Shown here: piece by piece, positions 26,983 to 37,221 of the stretch | Position numbering within the stretch: the stretch's first letter is position 1 | How the letters are laid out: every line of letters begins with the position of its first letter | Origin: Thermoanaerobaculia bacterium | GTDB lineage: Bacteria > Acidobacteriota > Thermoanaerobaculia > Multivoradales > Multivoraceae | Assembly: GCA_963664405.1 (NCBI GenBank) | Contig: OY761158.1 | Location: forward strand, 320,001-384,000 | DNA length: 64,000 bases | Reading direction: 5' to 3' | Position numbers and translations under genes: made by a program | Notes under the pieces: model-generated | What the model saw: only the letters and a program-made list of their open reading frames with translations | What the model was told of the DNA's origin: nothing | Database searches by the model: none

Positions 26983-28908
26983 GTGCGTAGCAGTGTAATG
27001 GCGGCTATTGGAGTCGCCCTCTCGCTCTACACTCTCGTTCAGGTCAACTATCCGCTACTGCAACCGCACGCCGAGCTGGCGCTCTTCGCCATGCTCGGGC
27101 TGATCCTCTGCTTCCTCCACTTTCCGCTTCACCCGCGGCTCCAGGAGAACCGGTTGAGCGGAGCCCTGGACTGGGCATTCGCGGCACTGACAGCGTTGGT
27201 CTGTGGCTACGTCGTCGTCCAAAGTGAGCCGGTCTTCAGCGGGTTCTGGATCGACGGCCTTTCGCTGGGTGACCGAGCGGGCCAAGAAGCGCCCGTCGAC
27301 TTCCTCGTCGGCGCGATCGGGTTAGTTCTCGTCCTCGAAGCGACCCGACGATCGATTGGCTGGGTCCTCCCGATCCTCAGCGTCCTCTTTCTTATCTACG
27401 CCTTCGCCGGGCCGTACCTTCCCGACGCCTTCTTTCCCCATCGCGGCTATGGTCTCGAGCGCGTGGTGGGCCAGACCTTCCTCCAGAGTCAAGGCGTCTT
27501 CTCTACCGCGCTCAAGGTGATGTTCTCTTACGTCTATCTCTTCGTCATCTTCGGCTCTTTCCTCAAGTTCACTGGAGCCACCCAATACATCATCGATTTC
27601 GCCGAACGGGCCTTCGGCGGTCGAACCGGAGGCTCAGCCAAAGTCTCGGTGCTCGCCAGTGGGCTGATGGGCTCGCTTTCAGGCAGTGCGGTCGCCAACA
27701 CCGCGACCACGGGCACTTTCACCATCCCGATGATGCGCAATTCGGGCTTTCGCCCTCACATCGCGGGCGGAATCGTCGCTGCGGCCAGCTCCGGGGGTGC
27801 GTTGGTACCTCCGGTGATGGGCGCGGGCGCCTACATGATGCTGGAAATCATCGATCCTCCGGTGACCTTCATCCAGATCATGCGAGCGGCGATCGTTCCG
27901 GCGCTCCTCTACTACTTTTCGCTGCTCTTGATCGTCGACTTCTTCGCCCGGCGGGAGGGGGCCACAGCTCCTCCGAAGAAAGAGGATGCAGGCTCCTTCT
28001 GGCAGTTCGAAGGACTCGTTTTCTTCGCCGCCCTCGGCTCCCTGATCGGTTTTCTGATCGTGGGCTATTCACCTTTCCGTTCGGTGACACTCTCTCTTGT
28101 GGTCAGCCTGGTGTTAGCCGCCTTCAACGCCAGGACCCGAGTCTCGCTGAAGAAGGGGTTCCAGGCTCTAGCCGAGTCGGCGCTCAACGGCATATCCCTG
28201 GTCGCGGCAGCGGCCAGCGTCGGCATCATTCTGGGTGTAGTGACGCTGACCGGGCTCGGCACCAAGTTCCCTTCGATGATCCTCGACCTTGCGCAGCAGA
28301 ACCTCTTTCTCGCGCTGGTACTGATCATGGTCTCTTCGATCGTGCTCGGCATGGGCCTGCCGTCGGCGGTGTGTTACCTCTTGCTCGCCACCCTCATCGG
28401 CCCGGTGCTCAGTCAGCTCGGCGTCATCCCTCTCGCGGCGCATCTCTTCATCTTCTACTTCGGCATGATGTCGATGGTGACTCCCCCGGTCGCACTTGCG
28501 GCCTATACGGCGAGCTCGATCGCGGGATCGGGGATCATGGAGACCGGCTTCGCCTCTTTTCGCTTCGCCCTGGTCGGTTTCACGCTCCCCTTCATGTTCG
28601 TCTTCCGTCCGGCGTTGCTGCTGATGACGCCCGACGGCCAGCCTGCATCTTTGCTGGAGGTGCTGCCGGCAGTCACCATGGCCATTCTCGGCGTCGTACC
28701 CTTAGCCGCCGGCATCGCCGGTTATCTCTTCTCCGATCTCAGTTCTCTGTGGCGCGGAGCCTCGCTCGCTGCCGCGGCCCTCCTTCTGTACCCCGGGACC
28801 AATGTCTCCTTGACCGGCTTCGCCTTGTCGCCGGCGAATGCCACAGGCCTCGTTCTACTCGCGGTCGTCGCAGCCGCGAGTTGGCGCAGCCGCTCCGCGG
28901 CGGCCTAG
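26983..28908 (+). CDS. TRAP transporter 4TM/12TM fused permease
   Basis: 'LEATRR', 'GSAVANT', 'ASSGG.LVPPVMGAGA', 'LGMGLP', 'TPPVALAAY'. Confidence 0.93.
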   Translation: MRSSVMAAIGVALSLYTLVQVNYPLLQPHAELALFAMLGLILCFLHFPLHPRLQENRLSGALDWAFAALTALVCGYVVVQSEPVFSGFWIDGLSLGDRAGQEAPVDFLVGAIGLVLVLEATRRSIGWVLPILSVLFLIYAFAGPYLPDAFFPHRGYGLERVVGQTFLQSQGVFSTALKVMFSYVYLFVIFGSFLKFTGATQYIIDFAERAFGGRTGGSAKVSVLASGLMGSLSGSAVANTATTGTFTIPMMRNSGFRPHIAGGIVAAASSGGALVPPVMGAGAYMMLEIIDPPVTFIQIMRAAIVPALLYYFSLLLIVDFFARREGATAPPKKEDAGSFWQFEGLVFFAALGSLIGFLIVGYSPFRSVTLSLVVSLVLAAFNARTRVSLKKGFQALAESALNGISLVAAAASVGIILGVVTLTGLGTKFPSMILDLAQQNLFLALVLIMVSSIVLGMGLPSAVCYLLLATLIGPVLSQLGVIPLAAHLFIFYFGMMSMVTPPVALAAYTASSIAGSGIMETGFASFRFALVGFTLPFMFVFRPALLLMTPDGQPASLLEVLPAVTMAILGVVPLAAGIAGYLFSDLSSLWRGASLAAAALLLYPGTNVSLTGFALSPANATGLVLLAVVAAASWRSRSAAA

Positions 28909-28923
28909 GCCGGAGGATCTACT

Positions 28924-29436
28924 TCACTTAGCTCTACGACGCGCATCCGGCAGCCCATCGTGCGATCCGAGGGTTCGTTCCGGCCACTCAGTCCAGAGGT
29001 CATCACCGATCTCTCTATTTCGCTCGGGGTGGAGAGGATAGGTGATCTTGTTTTCTGGTTTAGATGTCTCTCCCCCTACTAGAAGGCGAACGTCTTCGTC
29101 AGAGTTGTTGATGAATGTGTGCGCGATGCCGGTACCGGCCGGAAAGCCGACGAAGTCTCCGGGCTCCAAATCGTAGACGCTCCCATCGATCCAGGCCTGC
29201 GGGCTTCCTTCAATCACGAAGACGAATTCCTCCTCCGCGCTCTCAGCATGAGGCCAAGACGTTCGACGCCCCGGCGTCAAGACTTCGTGGTGAATTCCGA
29301 GCTTCACGAGCCCGGTGGCTGCCCCTAGGCGGGAGCCGATGCTCAGTAGCTCATCGCTCCCCCGGTAATGAGCCTCGTCCTTATCTTGGATCTGGAGCCA
29401 GTGCTTTATGAATGTCGGCCGATTCGTACTTTTCAT
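28924..29436 (-). CDS. Cupin-domain protein
   Basis: 'LTPGRRTSWPHAESAEEEFVFVIEG' and 'GFPAGTGIAHTFIN'. Confidence 0.88.
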   Translation of the reverse strand: MKSTNRPTFIKHWLQIQDKDEAHYRGSDELLSIGSRLGAATGLVKLGIHHEVLTPGRRTSWPHAESAEEEFVFVIEGSPQAWIDGSVYDLEPGDFVGFPAGTGIAHTFINNSDEDVRLLVGGETSKPENKITYPLHPERNREIGDDLWTEWPERTLGSHDGLPDARRRAK

Positions 29437-29461
29437 GAGATTCCCCCTTTGCAAGATTCCA

Positions 29462-29674
29462 TCACAGCACCCCTTGCTCGGCCCAACGGGTCGTGCCTTC
29501 ACCTTTGAGCGCATCGTAGTCCTTGACCCAAGCGGGTTCGGCCCGACGTTCCCTCAGATAGACCGAAGCAGGATCATCCCCTTCGACTTCGAAGAAGCTC
29601 GCGACTTCAAACCGAATCGGGATCTCGGCGTGCTCAGCAAGCCGATCTAGCGGTTCTTCGACGACGCTGAACAC
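29462..29674 (-). pseudogene. Truncated N-terminal remnant of a GNAT acetyltransferase
   Basis: 'IPIRFEV...WVKDYDALKGEGTTRW' resembles the N-terminus of a GNAT family as I recall it; the ORF ends at 70 aa with no acetyl-CoA motif. Confidence 0.5.
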
Positions 29675-29692
29675 TTAGAGCGCCCCCCGAGC

Positions 29693-30262
29693 TCAATCTC
29701 TCGGGGCTTCAATGGATGGCTGCCCGTAGCGCAACATTACACTCTGGACGCCTCTCCCGACCTGAACGGTAACTACATAGAGCCGATCAAACTCGCGTGC
29801 CTCGTCGATCTCCGAGCTCGGATCCCCTCCCAACAACTCCACCATCCGCGGGGTAGTCCCGCTGTGACCAACGATGAGGTGACGCCCGCCTCGAGCCCGT
29901 ATCTTTTCAACTAGAGATGGCAGGTCAGCGGGATCGTAGAGCTCCACGCTCACTTCGTGATCGCGGGCAGTGGGCGAAGCGGTGCTCCTCGTCCTGAGAA
30001 AGTCCGAGGAGTGCACGTGCTCAACTCTTGCATCTTGCAGGGTCCTGGCGAGCTCCTCTGCCCGCTCGTGGCCAGCGGTGGTCAACTCTGGGTCTGATGA
30101 GGAGTCGGCTTTCTCTCCGTGCCTGACCAGGAAGACCAATAGCGTCTCGCTATCCGGATCTGAGGATTGCGCACCCTGCAAAGCCGAGCACCCGATGAAA
30201 GCGCTCACCAGGACTAGAGTGAGATGTGCAAGGCGCAGCCCAACAGGCTGAGTGCGTCTCAC
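29693..30262 (-). CDS. Histidine phosphatase (SixA/phosphoglycerate mutase-like), probably exported
   Basis: 'LVRHGEK', 'G.ERA', 'RTRSTA', 'VGHS'; lipobox-like 'FIGC'. Confidence 0.88.
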   Translation of the reverse strand: MRRTQPVGLRLAHLTLVLVSAFIGCSALQGAQSSDPDSETLLVFLVRHGEKADSSSDPELTTAGHERAEELARTLQDARVEHVHSSDFLRTRSTASPTARDHEVSVELYDPADLPSLVEKIRARGGRHLIVGHSGTTPRMVELLGGDPSSEIDEAREFDRLYVVTVQVGRGVQSVMLRYGQPSIEAPRD

Positions 30263-30621
30263 CCTCGTTCACCCTTGGGCGCTGTTAAATCCGGGTGTTC
30301 GACGTTGCCGGTATTGAGCAGGTCAGCCGGCTCGAAGAGAAGGAGCTCGACCTCCTCTTCCGCTACTGGACGGTGATCTACACCTCTGGGCACTACCACC
30401 AGTTCTCCAGGGCCGAGCTCGACGCTGCCATCTCGAAAGTCGATTCGCAAAACGCCAGCGAGGACGAGGAACATCTCGTCCTCGTTCTCGTGCTGATGCC
30501 ACACGAACTCACCTTTCACCTTGACCACTTTGACTTCTTGGCCGTTGAGCTCGGCGACGATCTTGGGCCGCCAGTGCTCGTCAACGGCGGCGAGCTTCTC
30601 CTCGAGGTTGATCTTCTTCAT
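30259..30621 (-). CDS. Cupin-domain protein
   Basis: 'WRPKIVAELNGQEVK...GEFVWHQHENEDEMF...VVPRGVDHRP'. Confidence 0.9.
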   Translation of the reverse strand: MKKINLEEKLAAVDEHWRPKIVAELNGQEVKVVKVKGEFVWHQHENEDEMFLVLAGVLRIDFRDGSVELGPGELVVVPRGVDHRPVAEEEVELLLFEPADLLNTGNVEHPDLTAPKGERG

Positions 30622-30687
30622 CGGCCCAGGGCTCTGCCACCGCAAGTCGCGAGCAAGCCCAGCGTCAAAATTCCGATCGCGGGCGAC

Positions 30688-31339
30688 TCAACGTCCGTAA
30701 ACCGAAACATGTGCCTCGCTGCTCGAGTTGAAGGGTCTTTCTTCCCAATCCGCCCAGCGTTCCCTCAGCCGAAGACCTGCGATTCGACCCATGAGGTCGA
30801 GCTCGCTCGGCCAGGCGTAGCGTTGGACAACGGGATTGAGGCTCACGCCGTCCGATGACAGGGATATGTGACTCTGCTCGAGAGTCTGCGTAGACGGGTC
30901 GTGGCGAAGCACTCCAATCCGCACCTCGACGACGAAGCAGCCGTCATCGGTGAGATGGGCAGCGACGTTCTCGAAGCAACGTAGCTGATCCTCCTGGGTT
31001 AGTAGATTGAAGAGCGAGTTCCAGGCAACGAAGATCAGGCGGTAGCGATCGGGGACCGCTACCGCCGCTAAGTCCCCCGATTTCGACGGCCAGCTGATCG
31101 CCTCCAGGCTTGCCACGCAAGCGATCGACCATTGCCGGCGAGATGTCGATGCCATCGACACGAAGACCCCGAGCTGCGAGCGGTAGGGCCAGGCGGCCGG
31201 TGCCGATGGCAAGCTCGAGGACGGGTCCCGATCCGGCCAGCCTCAGCAAGAGCTCGACAGCAGCGGACTCGTCACCGCGCTCGTCGTGTCTCTTGGCAGC
31301 CTCTTCATCGAAGCTGGTGATCGGTTTGTAACCCTCCAT
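30688..31339 (-). pseudogene. Frameshifted class I SAM-dependent methyltransferase
   Basis: N-half has 'VLELAIGTGR..GIDISPAMV'; C-half in another frame has 'WNSLFNL..Q..CF..VAAHL...RYAWPSELDLM'. Removing one base from the C5 run at 31074-31078 fuses them (EIG-DLAAV). Confidence 0.8.
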
Positions 31340-31604
31340 CTAACTACCTAGCCCGATCCGACGCTCTCATTATCACCCATCGCCAGCCCTCTATTCCCTT
31401 CTCTCCTGATCGTCCAATGTGCTGGCGATGACCGCCAGGAATTCGCCTTGCGCTGACGATCGTTGACGACTGGTGGCCTCGACGCCGGGTCGAGCCGACT
31501 CGGTGACGGGGTGCAAGCGCCAGAAGCGATGACGAGTACGACCCCTACCTGGCCAACGGAGGAACTAAGCCGACGAAGGATGAGACCTCTCCGCTCCGTC
31601 GCGT

Positions 31605-32870
31605 CTACAGAGCCCGATTGATCAGGCAGTAGAGGTACTTATCAGTCCGCAAGAAGATCCTTCCTTCCGATACCGCAATCGAAGACAAGGTATATCCATC
31701 GAGCTCGTTCTCGGCGAGGATCTCGAACTCCGGTCCCGCCTTCACTACCGTCGTCACGCCCTCTTCGTTGGTCGCGTAAACCTTGCCATCCGCCAATACC
31801 GGCGAGGCAGAGTAGGTGCCTGGAGCGACTCGCTGTTCAGCCCAAACGGCGTCCCCGGTCTGGGTGTCGTAGTTGGAGAGAGTTCCGCGGTCTCGCAAGA
31901 TGTAAAGGTAGCGTCCGTCTGTAGCAGGAGTCGGAACGTCGGGCCCCTTGTCCAGCGACCAGGCCAGATGCGTGCTGGTGATGTCGCCCTCGCCCCCAGG
32001 GCGATAGGTCAGCAAAGGGTTGACCCGCGAGGGTACGAAGATGAGGCCTCCGGCGACGACCGGCGACGCCACGACCCGATAGTTGGCTCTGCCGCGAGGG
32101 TTGAGTCCGCCGCCGCGCCAGATCTCGCGGCCGGTCGCGGGGTCGTGCCCAGTCACGTAATCGGCGCCGCTGATGACGATCTGTTGCCCCTCGCCGGTCT
32201 CCACCACTGCCGGAGTCGTGTAGGCATCGGGCGATTCCATCACCGCGTCGGAAGGCCGCTCGACCCGCCAGCGATTCTTGCCGGTGGCGGCATCCAGAGA
32301 AAGAACATAGGAAGGGTCGTCGGTCTTCATGCCGTGAATCACTTGCACGATCAAGGCGTCACCCATGAGCAGCGGCGAAGATGCATATCCCCACTGGATC
32401 CCGATCGGCCCGTACTCCTCCGGAAGATTCCGCGTCCACAGCTCCTCTCCCCTGAAGTCGAAGGACTTCACCAAGCCGGTCCCCGTCACCACCCAGACGC
32501 TCTCGCCGTCGGTGACCGGAGACGGCGAGGACATGTTCTGCTTTCGCATCATGTGATTGCGATCGCCGAGCTGGCGGCGCCACAAGATCTCGCCAGTGCC
32601 GCTATCGATCGCCCAGAGAAAAAGCTCCTCCCCCTGCCCAACGTTGAGAAAGAGGTGGCGCCCCCAGATGATGGGTGTCGACCCGGACAAGGCCGGCAGC
32701 TCGAGCTTCCACGACACGTTCTCGCCTTCCGACCAAGAGGTCGGCAAGCCGGTCTCGCCGCTCGCTCCGGTGGCCTTCGGGCCGCGCCAGTGGGGCCAGT
32801 TCTCAGCTGCCACGTCAAAAGCTCCGAACAACACGAGCAACACGACGCAAGCCGCCGTTCGAAGGCTCAC
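31605..32870 (-). CDS. Secreted PQQ-like beta-propeller repeat protein
   Basis: Signal peptide; 'ENWPHWRGP', 'SSPSPVTDG', 'WGYASSP', 'YSASPV'; GTGA overlap with the M16 peptidase stop. Confidence 0.87.
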   Translation of the reverse strand: MSLRTAACVVLLVLFGAFDVAAENWPHWRGPKATGASGETGLPTSWSEGENVSWKLELPALSGSTPIIWGRHLFLNVGQGEELFLWAIDSGTGEILWRRQLGDRNHMMRKQNMSSPSPVTDGESVWVVTGTGLVKSFDFRGEELWTRNLPEEYGPIGIQWGYASSPLLMGDALIVQVIHGMKTDDPSYVLSLDAATGKNRWRVERPSDAVMESPDAYTTPAVVETGEGQQIVISGADYVTGHDPATGREIWRGGGLNPRGRANYRVVASPVVAGGLIFVPSRVNPLLTYRPGGEGDITSTHLAWSLDKGPDVPTPATDGRYLYILRDRGTLSNYDTQTGDAVWAEQRVAPGTYSASPVLADGKVYATNEEGVTTVVKAGPEFEILAENELDGYTLSSIAVSEGRIFLRTDKYLYCLINRAL

Positions 32871-35758
32871 TGGCTCTCCTCCTCCTTCGATGCCAGGTGC
32901 TCGGGCAGGAGCACTACTTCGACGTAGTTCTTTTCGTCGAGCCACTTACGCGCCGAAGCTCTGATCTTCTTGGCGCTGAGCCCTTGGATCCAGGTCTCCA
33001 AGTCGAGAATCTGCTCTACATCCTCACCGTGATAATCGTAAAAACGAAGCGTCCTCAACCAGAAGCCGTTGCGCTTGACGTCGGTCTCTCGCCGGCGTCG
33101 CTGGGTCTCCTGGATCTTGCTCACCAACTCGTCTTCTACCCGCTTCTTCTTGAGCACCCGGATCTCGGAAAAAACGCGCGCCACCAGCTCGTCGACGCGA
33201 TCGGGCGCGCAGCCGAAGCTGACCATGAAGCGGTAAGACTCGCGAGGATAGTGGCTGGTACTCGGGAATGCGCTCACTCCGTAGGTTCCGCCGAGCTCCT
33301 CGCGGAGGGCGTCGCGTAGGCGCATGCTCAACGCCTGCGCCATCGACGCCATCAGATAGCGACTCTCTCGACCCCACTCGAAGTCACCGTTGAAGGTGAT
33401 CCGCACCTGGCTCTTGTCCTCGAGCCCTCGATACACCCTCTCGCGCACAACTCCGCGCGGCGCTCTCACACCAACATCGCGGTAGGTCTCCTCTCGGCCG
33501 GCAGCCGGAAGATTGCCGAGATAGCTCCGAACCAGCGGCTCGATCGTCGCCAGATCGAAAGCGCCAACAAAGAAGAAGGCAGCATCGCCCAGGTCGGCGA
33601 AACGCTCTCGGTAGATCGCCATTGAGCGATCGAGATCCATCTCTTCGAGCAGTTCTGTGGTGAACGGACGGCGTCGAGTATGCCCTTGGCTCAGAATCGA
33701 CCGTAGACGGTCGCCGAATAGGGTCTCGGGTCGTGCCTCGCGGTTCTCCACCGCAGCCTCGAGACGTGACAGGTACGAAGAGAAGGCCATCTCGTCTCGG
33801 CGGGGCTCGGTGGCATAGAGATAGATCAGCTGAAAGAGGGTCTCGAGGTCCTCTGGCGAGCCACCCCCCGAGATTCCCTCCTCGAGCTCCGAGATGTAAG
33901 ACGAAACCTGCACCACCTTCCCCGACAACTTCTTGCCGAGCTCGATGAGGTCGAAGTCGCCGACACCCGCTAACCCGGCCACTCCGTCGGCCGTCATCGC
34001 CGCCACCCAGTCTTCGTCGGCGACCAGAGAATGCCCCCCTGGACTGTAGGAAGTGAAGCTGACTTCGTCGTTCTTGAAGTCGGTTGGCTTCAGGAAGACG
34101 CGGACTCCGTTTGCGAGCTTCCACTGATGAACCCCCAGGCTCTCGATCTCGACGCGCTCGACGATCGCCACCTCGGGAAGCTCGGCCGACAACAGCGGCG
34201 CCTCGGAGACATGATCGTTCCATGGCGCAATGTCGGCAGCCTCGACGCGGCGGAACACGGCGAGCAGCTCCTCTTCCGTGGGCGGCGAGTCGGTGGCGCT
34301 CTCGGGTGCCGACACCAGAATCACGCGATTACTCTCGCCCAGAAACTGTGAGGCAAGGGTATTGACCTCCTCGACCCCGATGCCCGGAAGCATCTCTTCG
34401 GCGAGCGCGCGCTCGTAAGCGATGCCTGGAGTGCTCTCGCCGTCGAGAAAGACGCGAATGTACTCGGAAGCGTAGGAGCGCGACTCAGTTTTGTCTCGCT
34501 CGTTGAAGGCACGCTCGTAGGAGCGCAACAGGGAGACCCGCTGGCGCTCCAGCTCGCTGTGGAGAAACCCGTGGCGTCGTACTCGCTCCGCCTCCGTGAG
34601 CACGGCTTCGAGTCCACGGTCCAGTCCGCCTTCGCGGACTCCGGCACCCAGCGTATTCATGTCCTTGGTGCGGGCGAAAGAACCACCCCCGACAGAAGCG
34701 CCGAGGTAAGGTGGGTCCGCCTCTTGGGATCGCTCCGCCAGCCGCGCATTGAGCATGCTGTAGTAGAGCGACTCGACAAACGAGCGTCGGTAGTCACCAA
34801 CGGTCCCCTGGGGAGCCTTTTCGCGCTTGAAAGCGACGCTCACCGAGGTCCGGGTGAGCTCCGGATCCGTGGCAATCGAGATCAGGGTCTCATCGTGATC
34901 AGGCACCTCGGCCTCTTCTCGCGGGCGGGGGTTCTCGGGACCGCGAAGCGCTCCGAAGGTCGAGCGAACTAGAGACTCCAACTTTGAGGTCTCGACATCG
35001 CCAACCGCCACAACCGCCATCAGCTCGGGGCGGTACCACTCACGGTAGAAACGGCGTAGCTCTTCGTGGGGAAAGCCCTCGAGCACCTCTTTGGTGCCGA
35101 TCGGGAGCCTCTCCGCATAACGCGAGCCCTTGAACAGAACCGGGTACTGCTGGTCTTGAATGCGCTGGGCGGCACCACGGCGACCGCGCCACTCCTCGAT
35201 CACCACGCCTCGCTCCGCGTCTATCTCCTCACCATCGAGTCTGAGGCCCTGCGCCCAATCGCCGAGGATCTCAAAACCCTTGGCGAGGGTGGACTCCTCA
35301 TCGGTCGGCACCTGCAGGATGTAAACGGTCTGATCGAATGAAGTGTAGGCATTGAGGTCGGCGCCGAAACGCATGCCGATGGACTCGAGGTAATTCACCA
35401 GATCCTGCTTGGCGAAGTGAGTGGTCCCGTTGAAGGCCATGTGCTCGACGAAGTGCGCGAGCCCCTGCTGACTCTCGTCTTCGAGAATGGAGCCCACGTT
35501 GAGTACGAGCCGAAGCTCGAGCCTCTTCTCCGGTTTGGGATTCTCACGGAGGTAGTAGCGCAAACCGTTGTCGAGTCGACCCGTAACCAGCGCGGAATCG
35601 ACAGGAAGAGGCTTACTGAGCTCTAAAGCTGTGGGACCCTCTGCGACTGCGGCGCCCTGCTGAGCATCTGCAGAGACGCTCAATAGCGCTGCGAGAGCCA
35701 AGGCGAGCGCAAACAGCCTGTTCAGAAGGCGAGTGCTTCCTACGTTGCGATGGGGCAT
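32867..35758 (-). CDS. M16 (insulinase/PqqL-like) zinc metallopeptidase
   Basis: 'GLAHFVEHMAFNG' (HxxEH), 'NAYTSFD', 'ERGVVIEEWR', 'LREELGGTY'; signal peptide. Confidence 0.93.
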   Translation of the reverse strand: MPHRNVGSTRLLNRLFALALALAALLSVSADAQQGAAVAEGPTALELSKPLPVDSALVTGRLDNGLRYYLRENPKPEKRLELRLVLNVGSILEDESQQGLAHFVEHMAFNGTTHFAKQDLVNYLESIGMRFGADLNAYTSFDQTVYILQVPTDEESTLAKGFEILGDWAQGLRLDGEEIDAERGVVIEEWRGRRGAAQRIQDQQYPVLFKGSRYAERLPIGTKEVLEGFPHEELRRFYREWYRPELMAVVAVGDVETSKLESLVRSTFGALRGPENPRPREEAEVPDHDETLISIATDPELTRTSVSVAFKREKAPQGTVGDYRRSFVESLYYSMLNARLAERSQEADPPYLGASVGGGSFARTKDMNTLGAGVREGGLDRGLEAVLTEAERVRRHGFLHSELERQRVSLLRSYERAFNERDKTESRSYASEYIRVFLDGESTPGIAYERALAEEMLPGIGVEEVNTLASQFLGESNRVILVSAPESATDSPPTEEELLAVFRRVEAADIAPWNDHVSEAPLLSAELPEVAIVERVEIESLGVHQWKLANGVRVFLKPTDFKNDEVSFTSYSPGGHSLVADEDWVAAMTADGVAGLAGVGDFDLIELGKKLSGKVVQVSSYISELEEGISGGGSPEDLETLFQLIYLYATEPRRDEMAFSSYLSRLEAAVENREARPETLFGDRLRSILSQGHTRRRPFTTELLEEMDLDRSMAIYRERFADLGDAAFFFVGAFDLATIEPLVRSYLGNLPAAGREETYRDVGVRAPRGVVRERVYRGLEDKSQVRITFNGDFEWGRESRYLMASMAQALSMRLRDALREELGGTYGVSAFPSTSHYPRESYRFMVSFGCAPDRVDELVARVFSEIRVLKKKRVEDELVSKIQETQRRRRETDVKRNGFWLRTLRFYDYHGEDVEQILDLETWIQGLSAKKIRASARKWLDEKNYVEVVLLPEHLASKEEESQ

Positions 35759-35772
35759 CCCCAACCCCCTTC

Positions 35773-36510
35773 CTACTCGCTCGGCTCGGCGAGCTTACCC
35801 TCGGGGATCACGGCCCGAAGCGCCTCGGCCGCCTTATCGATGCACTCCTGGTCGGTACCGTCGACCGTCAACATGACTCGATAGTCGGTGCGGTCGGACA
35901 CGGGGTAGCTGCCGATCGAGACTTGGTCGTGGAGCGCTGCGATTCGAGCCAGCGGTCTCGCCAGCTCACCCTCATCGCACAGGGTATAGACCGCCCTGCT
36001 ACGAAACGGCCTCTCGCTTCCCCGCAGCTCATCGACCAGCCCAGGAAGCTTCATCCGGAAAACCTTGGGCAGCCCCGGAAGAACGAAAACGTTCTCCATC
36101 ACCACGGTCGGCCAGCGCACGTCCTCCGAGCGCATCAAGGTCGCCCCCTCGGGGATGTCCGCCATCAACAGATGGCCATCGGAGCAACGGTCACCCAGGA
36201 GCCCACGAATCAGCTCCGCCAGCTCCGTACTGCGGACCAGCTTTTTCCCGAACGCCTTCGCTACTGCCACGTGTGTCACATCGTCGTGAGTGGGGCCGAC
36301 GCCGCCGGTGGTAAAGACCACGTCATGGCTCGCCCGCAGCGCGTTGAGGTCGGCCACGATGACGTCGACTTCGTCGCGACAGATCACCACTCTCTCGAGT
36401 GAGATCCCGAGATCGAAGAGCTCGGTGGCGAGATCCCGCACATTCGTCTCCTGGATCTTTCCAGTGAGGATCTCGTTGCCAATTATCAAGGCCGCCGCGG
36501 TACGCGCCAT
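35773..36510 (-). CDS. CinA/molybdopterin-binding-domain protein
   Basis: 'IIGNEILTGKIQETN', 'TTGGVGPTHDDVT', 'VLPGLP', 'IGSYP'. Confidence 0.88.
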   Translation of the reverse strand: MARTAAALIIGNEILTGKIQETNVRDLATELFDLGISLERVVICRDEVDVIVADLNALRASHDVVFTTGGVGPTHDDVTHVAVAKAFGKKLVRSTELAELIRGLLGDRCSDGHLLMADIPEGATLMRSEDVRWPTVVMENVFVLPGLPKVFRMKLPGLVDELRGSERPFRSRAVYTLCDEGELARPLARIAALHDQVSIGSYPVSDRTDYRVMLTVDGTDQECIDKAAEALRAVIPEGKLAEPSE

Positions 36511-36580
36511 CCCGCCGATAATAGCGTAGTGGGAGCCACCGGCTTAACTGGAGTAGAATAGCCGGCGAGGAAAAGAGAAA

Positions 36581-37198
36581 ATGACGATTACGATCACCCC
36601 CAGCGCAAAAGAACAGATTCTCACTTCAATCGGCGAAGAGAAGCGCAGCGAGGAGCTCGGCTTGCGCATCGCCATTGTGGGCCGGGGCCCTGGAGGCTTC
36701 CAGTACTCCCTAGACTTGGTGGGCCCGAGCGAGAGGGTCGAAGGGGACATCACGATCGACCTCGGGGACCTCAGCGTCTACATCGACAAGAAGAGTGCTC
36801 CCAAGCTCGAGGGCACAACCATCGACTTCGTATCCCGTCTGCAGGAGAGCGGATTCAAGTTCGACAACCCGAACTCGGTGTGGGGCGACGAAAAGGCGCA
36901 GGCGGTGCAACAGGTCATCGACGCGAAGATCAACCCATCGATCGCCTCCCACGGCGGTTTCGTCACCTTGCTCGACGTCAAGGAAGACATCGCTTACATA
37001 TCCTTCGGTGGCGGCTGCCAGGGCTGCGGCATGGTCGACGTAACCCTGAAGCAGGGCGTCAGCGTGATGATCAAAGAGGCGGTGCCGGACCTCGCCGAGG
37101 TTCTCGATACGACGGATCATGCTGCGGGGGCCAACCCCTACTACGATGGGCCGCCCCCGGACGGCACGTCTCCTGTAGCCGAGAGCCCTAGCGGCTAA
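36581..37198 (+). CDS. nfuA: Fe-S biogenesis protein NfuA
   Basis: Degenerate A-type carrier domain ('GFKFDNPN') plus NifU domain 'INPSIASHGG...GGGCQGC...TLKQG...DTTDH..G.NPYY'. Confidence 0.85.
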   Translation: MTITITPSAKEQILTSIGEEKRSEELGLRIAIVGRGPGGFQYSLDLVGPSERVEGDITIDLGDLSVYIDKKSAPKLEGTTIDFVSRLQESGFKFDNPNSVWGDEKAQAVQQVIDAKINPSIASHGGFVTLLDVKEDIAYISFGGGCQGCGMVDVTLKQGVSVMIKEAVPDLAEVLDTTDHAAGANPYYDGPPPDGTSPVAESPSG

Positions 37199-37221
37199 GC
37201 GAGGCCTTCGTAAACGGGCCG

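Noticed and set aside
31340-31604. Possible attC site or ncRNA upstream of the small-gene patch
   Set aside because: A 'GCCAAC...CTAAGCCGAC' stretch looks faintly attC-like, but no matching complementary R'/L' boxes were found and no integrase is present.
32867-35758. M16 peptidase as a PqqF-type maturase linked to the PQQ-like propellers
   Set aside because: It has a signal peptide and looks like a generic periplasmic PqqL-type protease; no pqqA-E genes are present.
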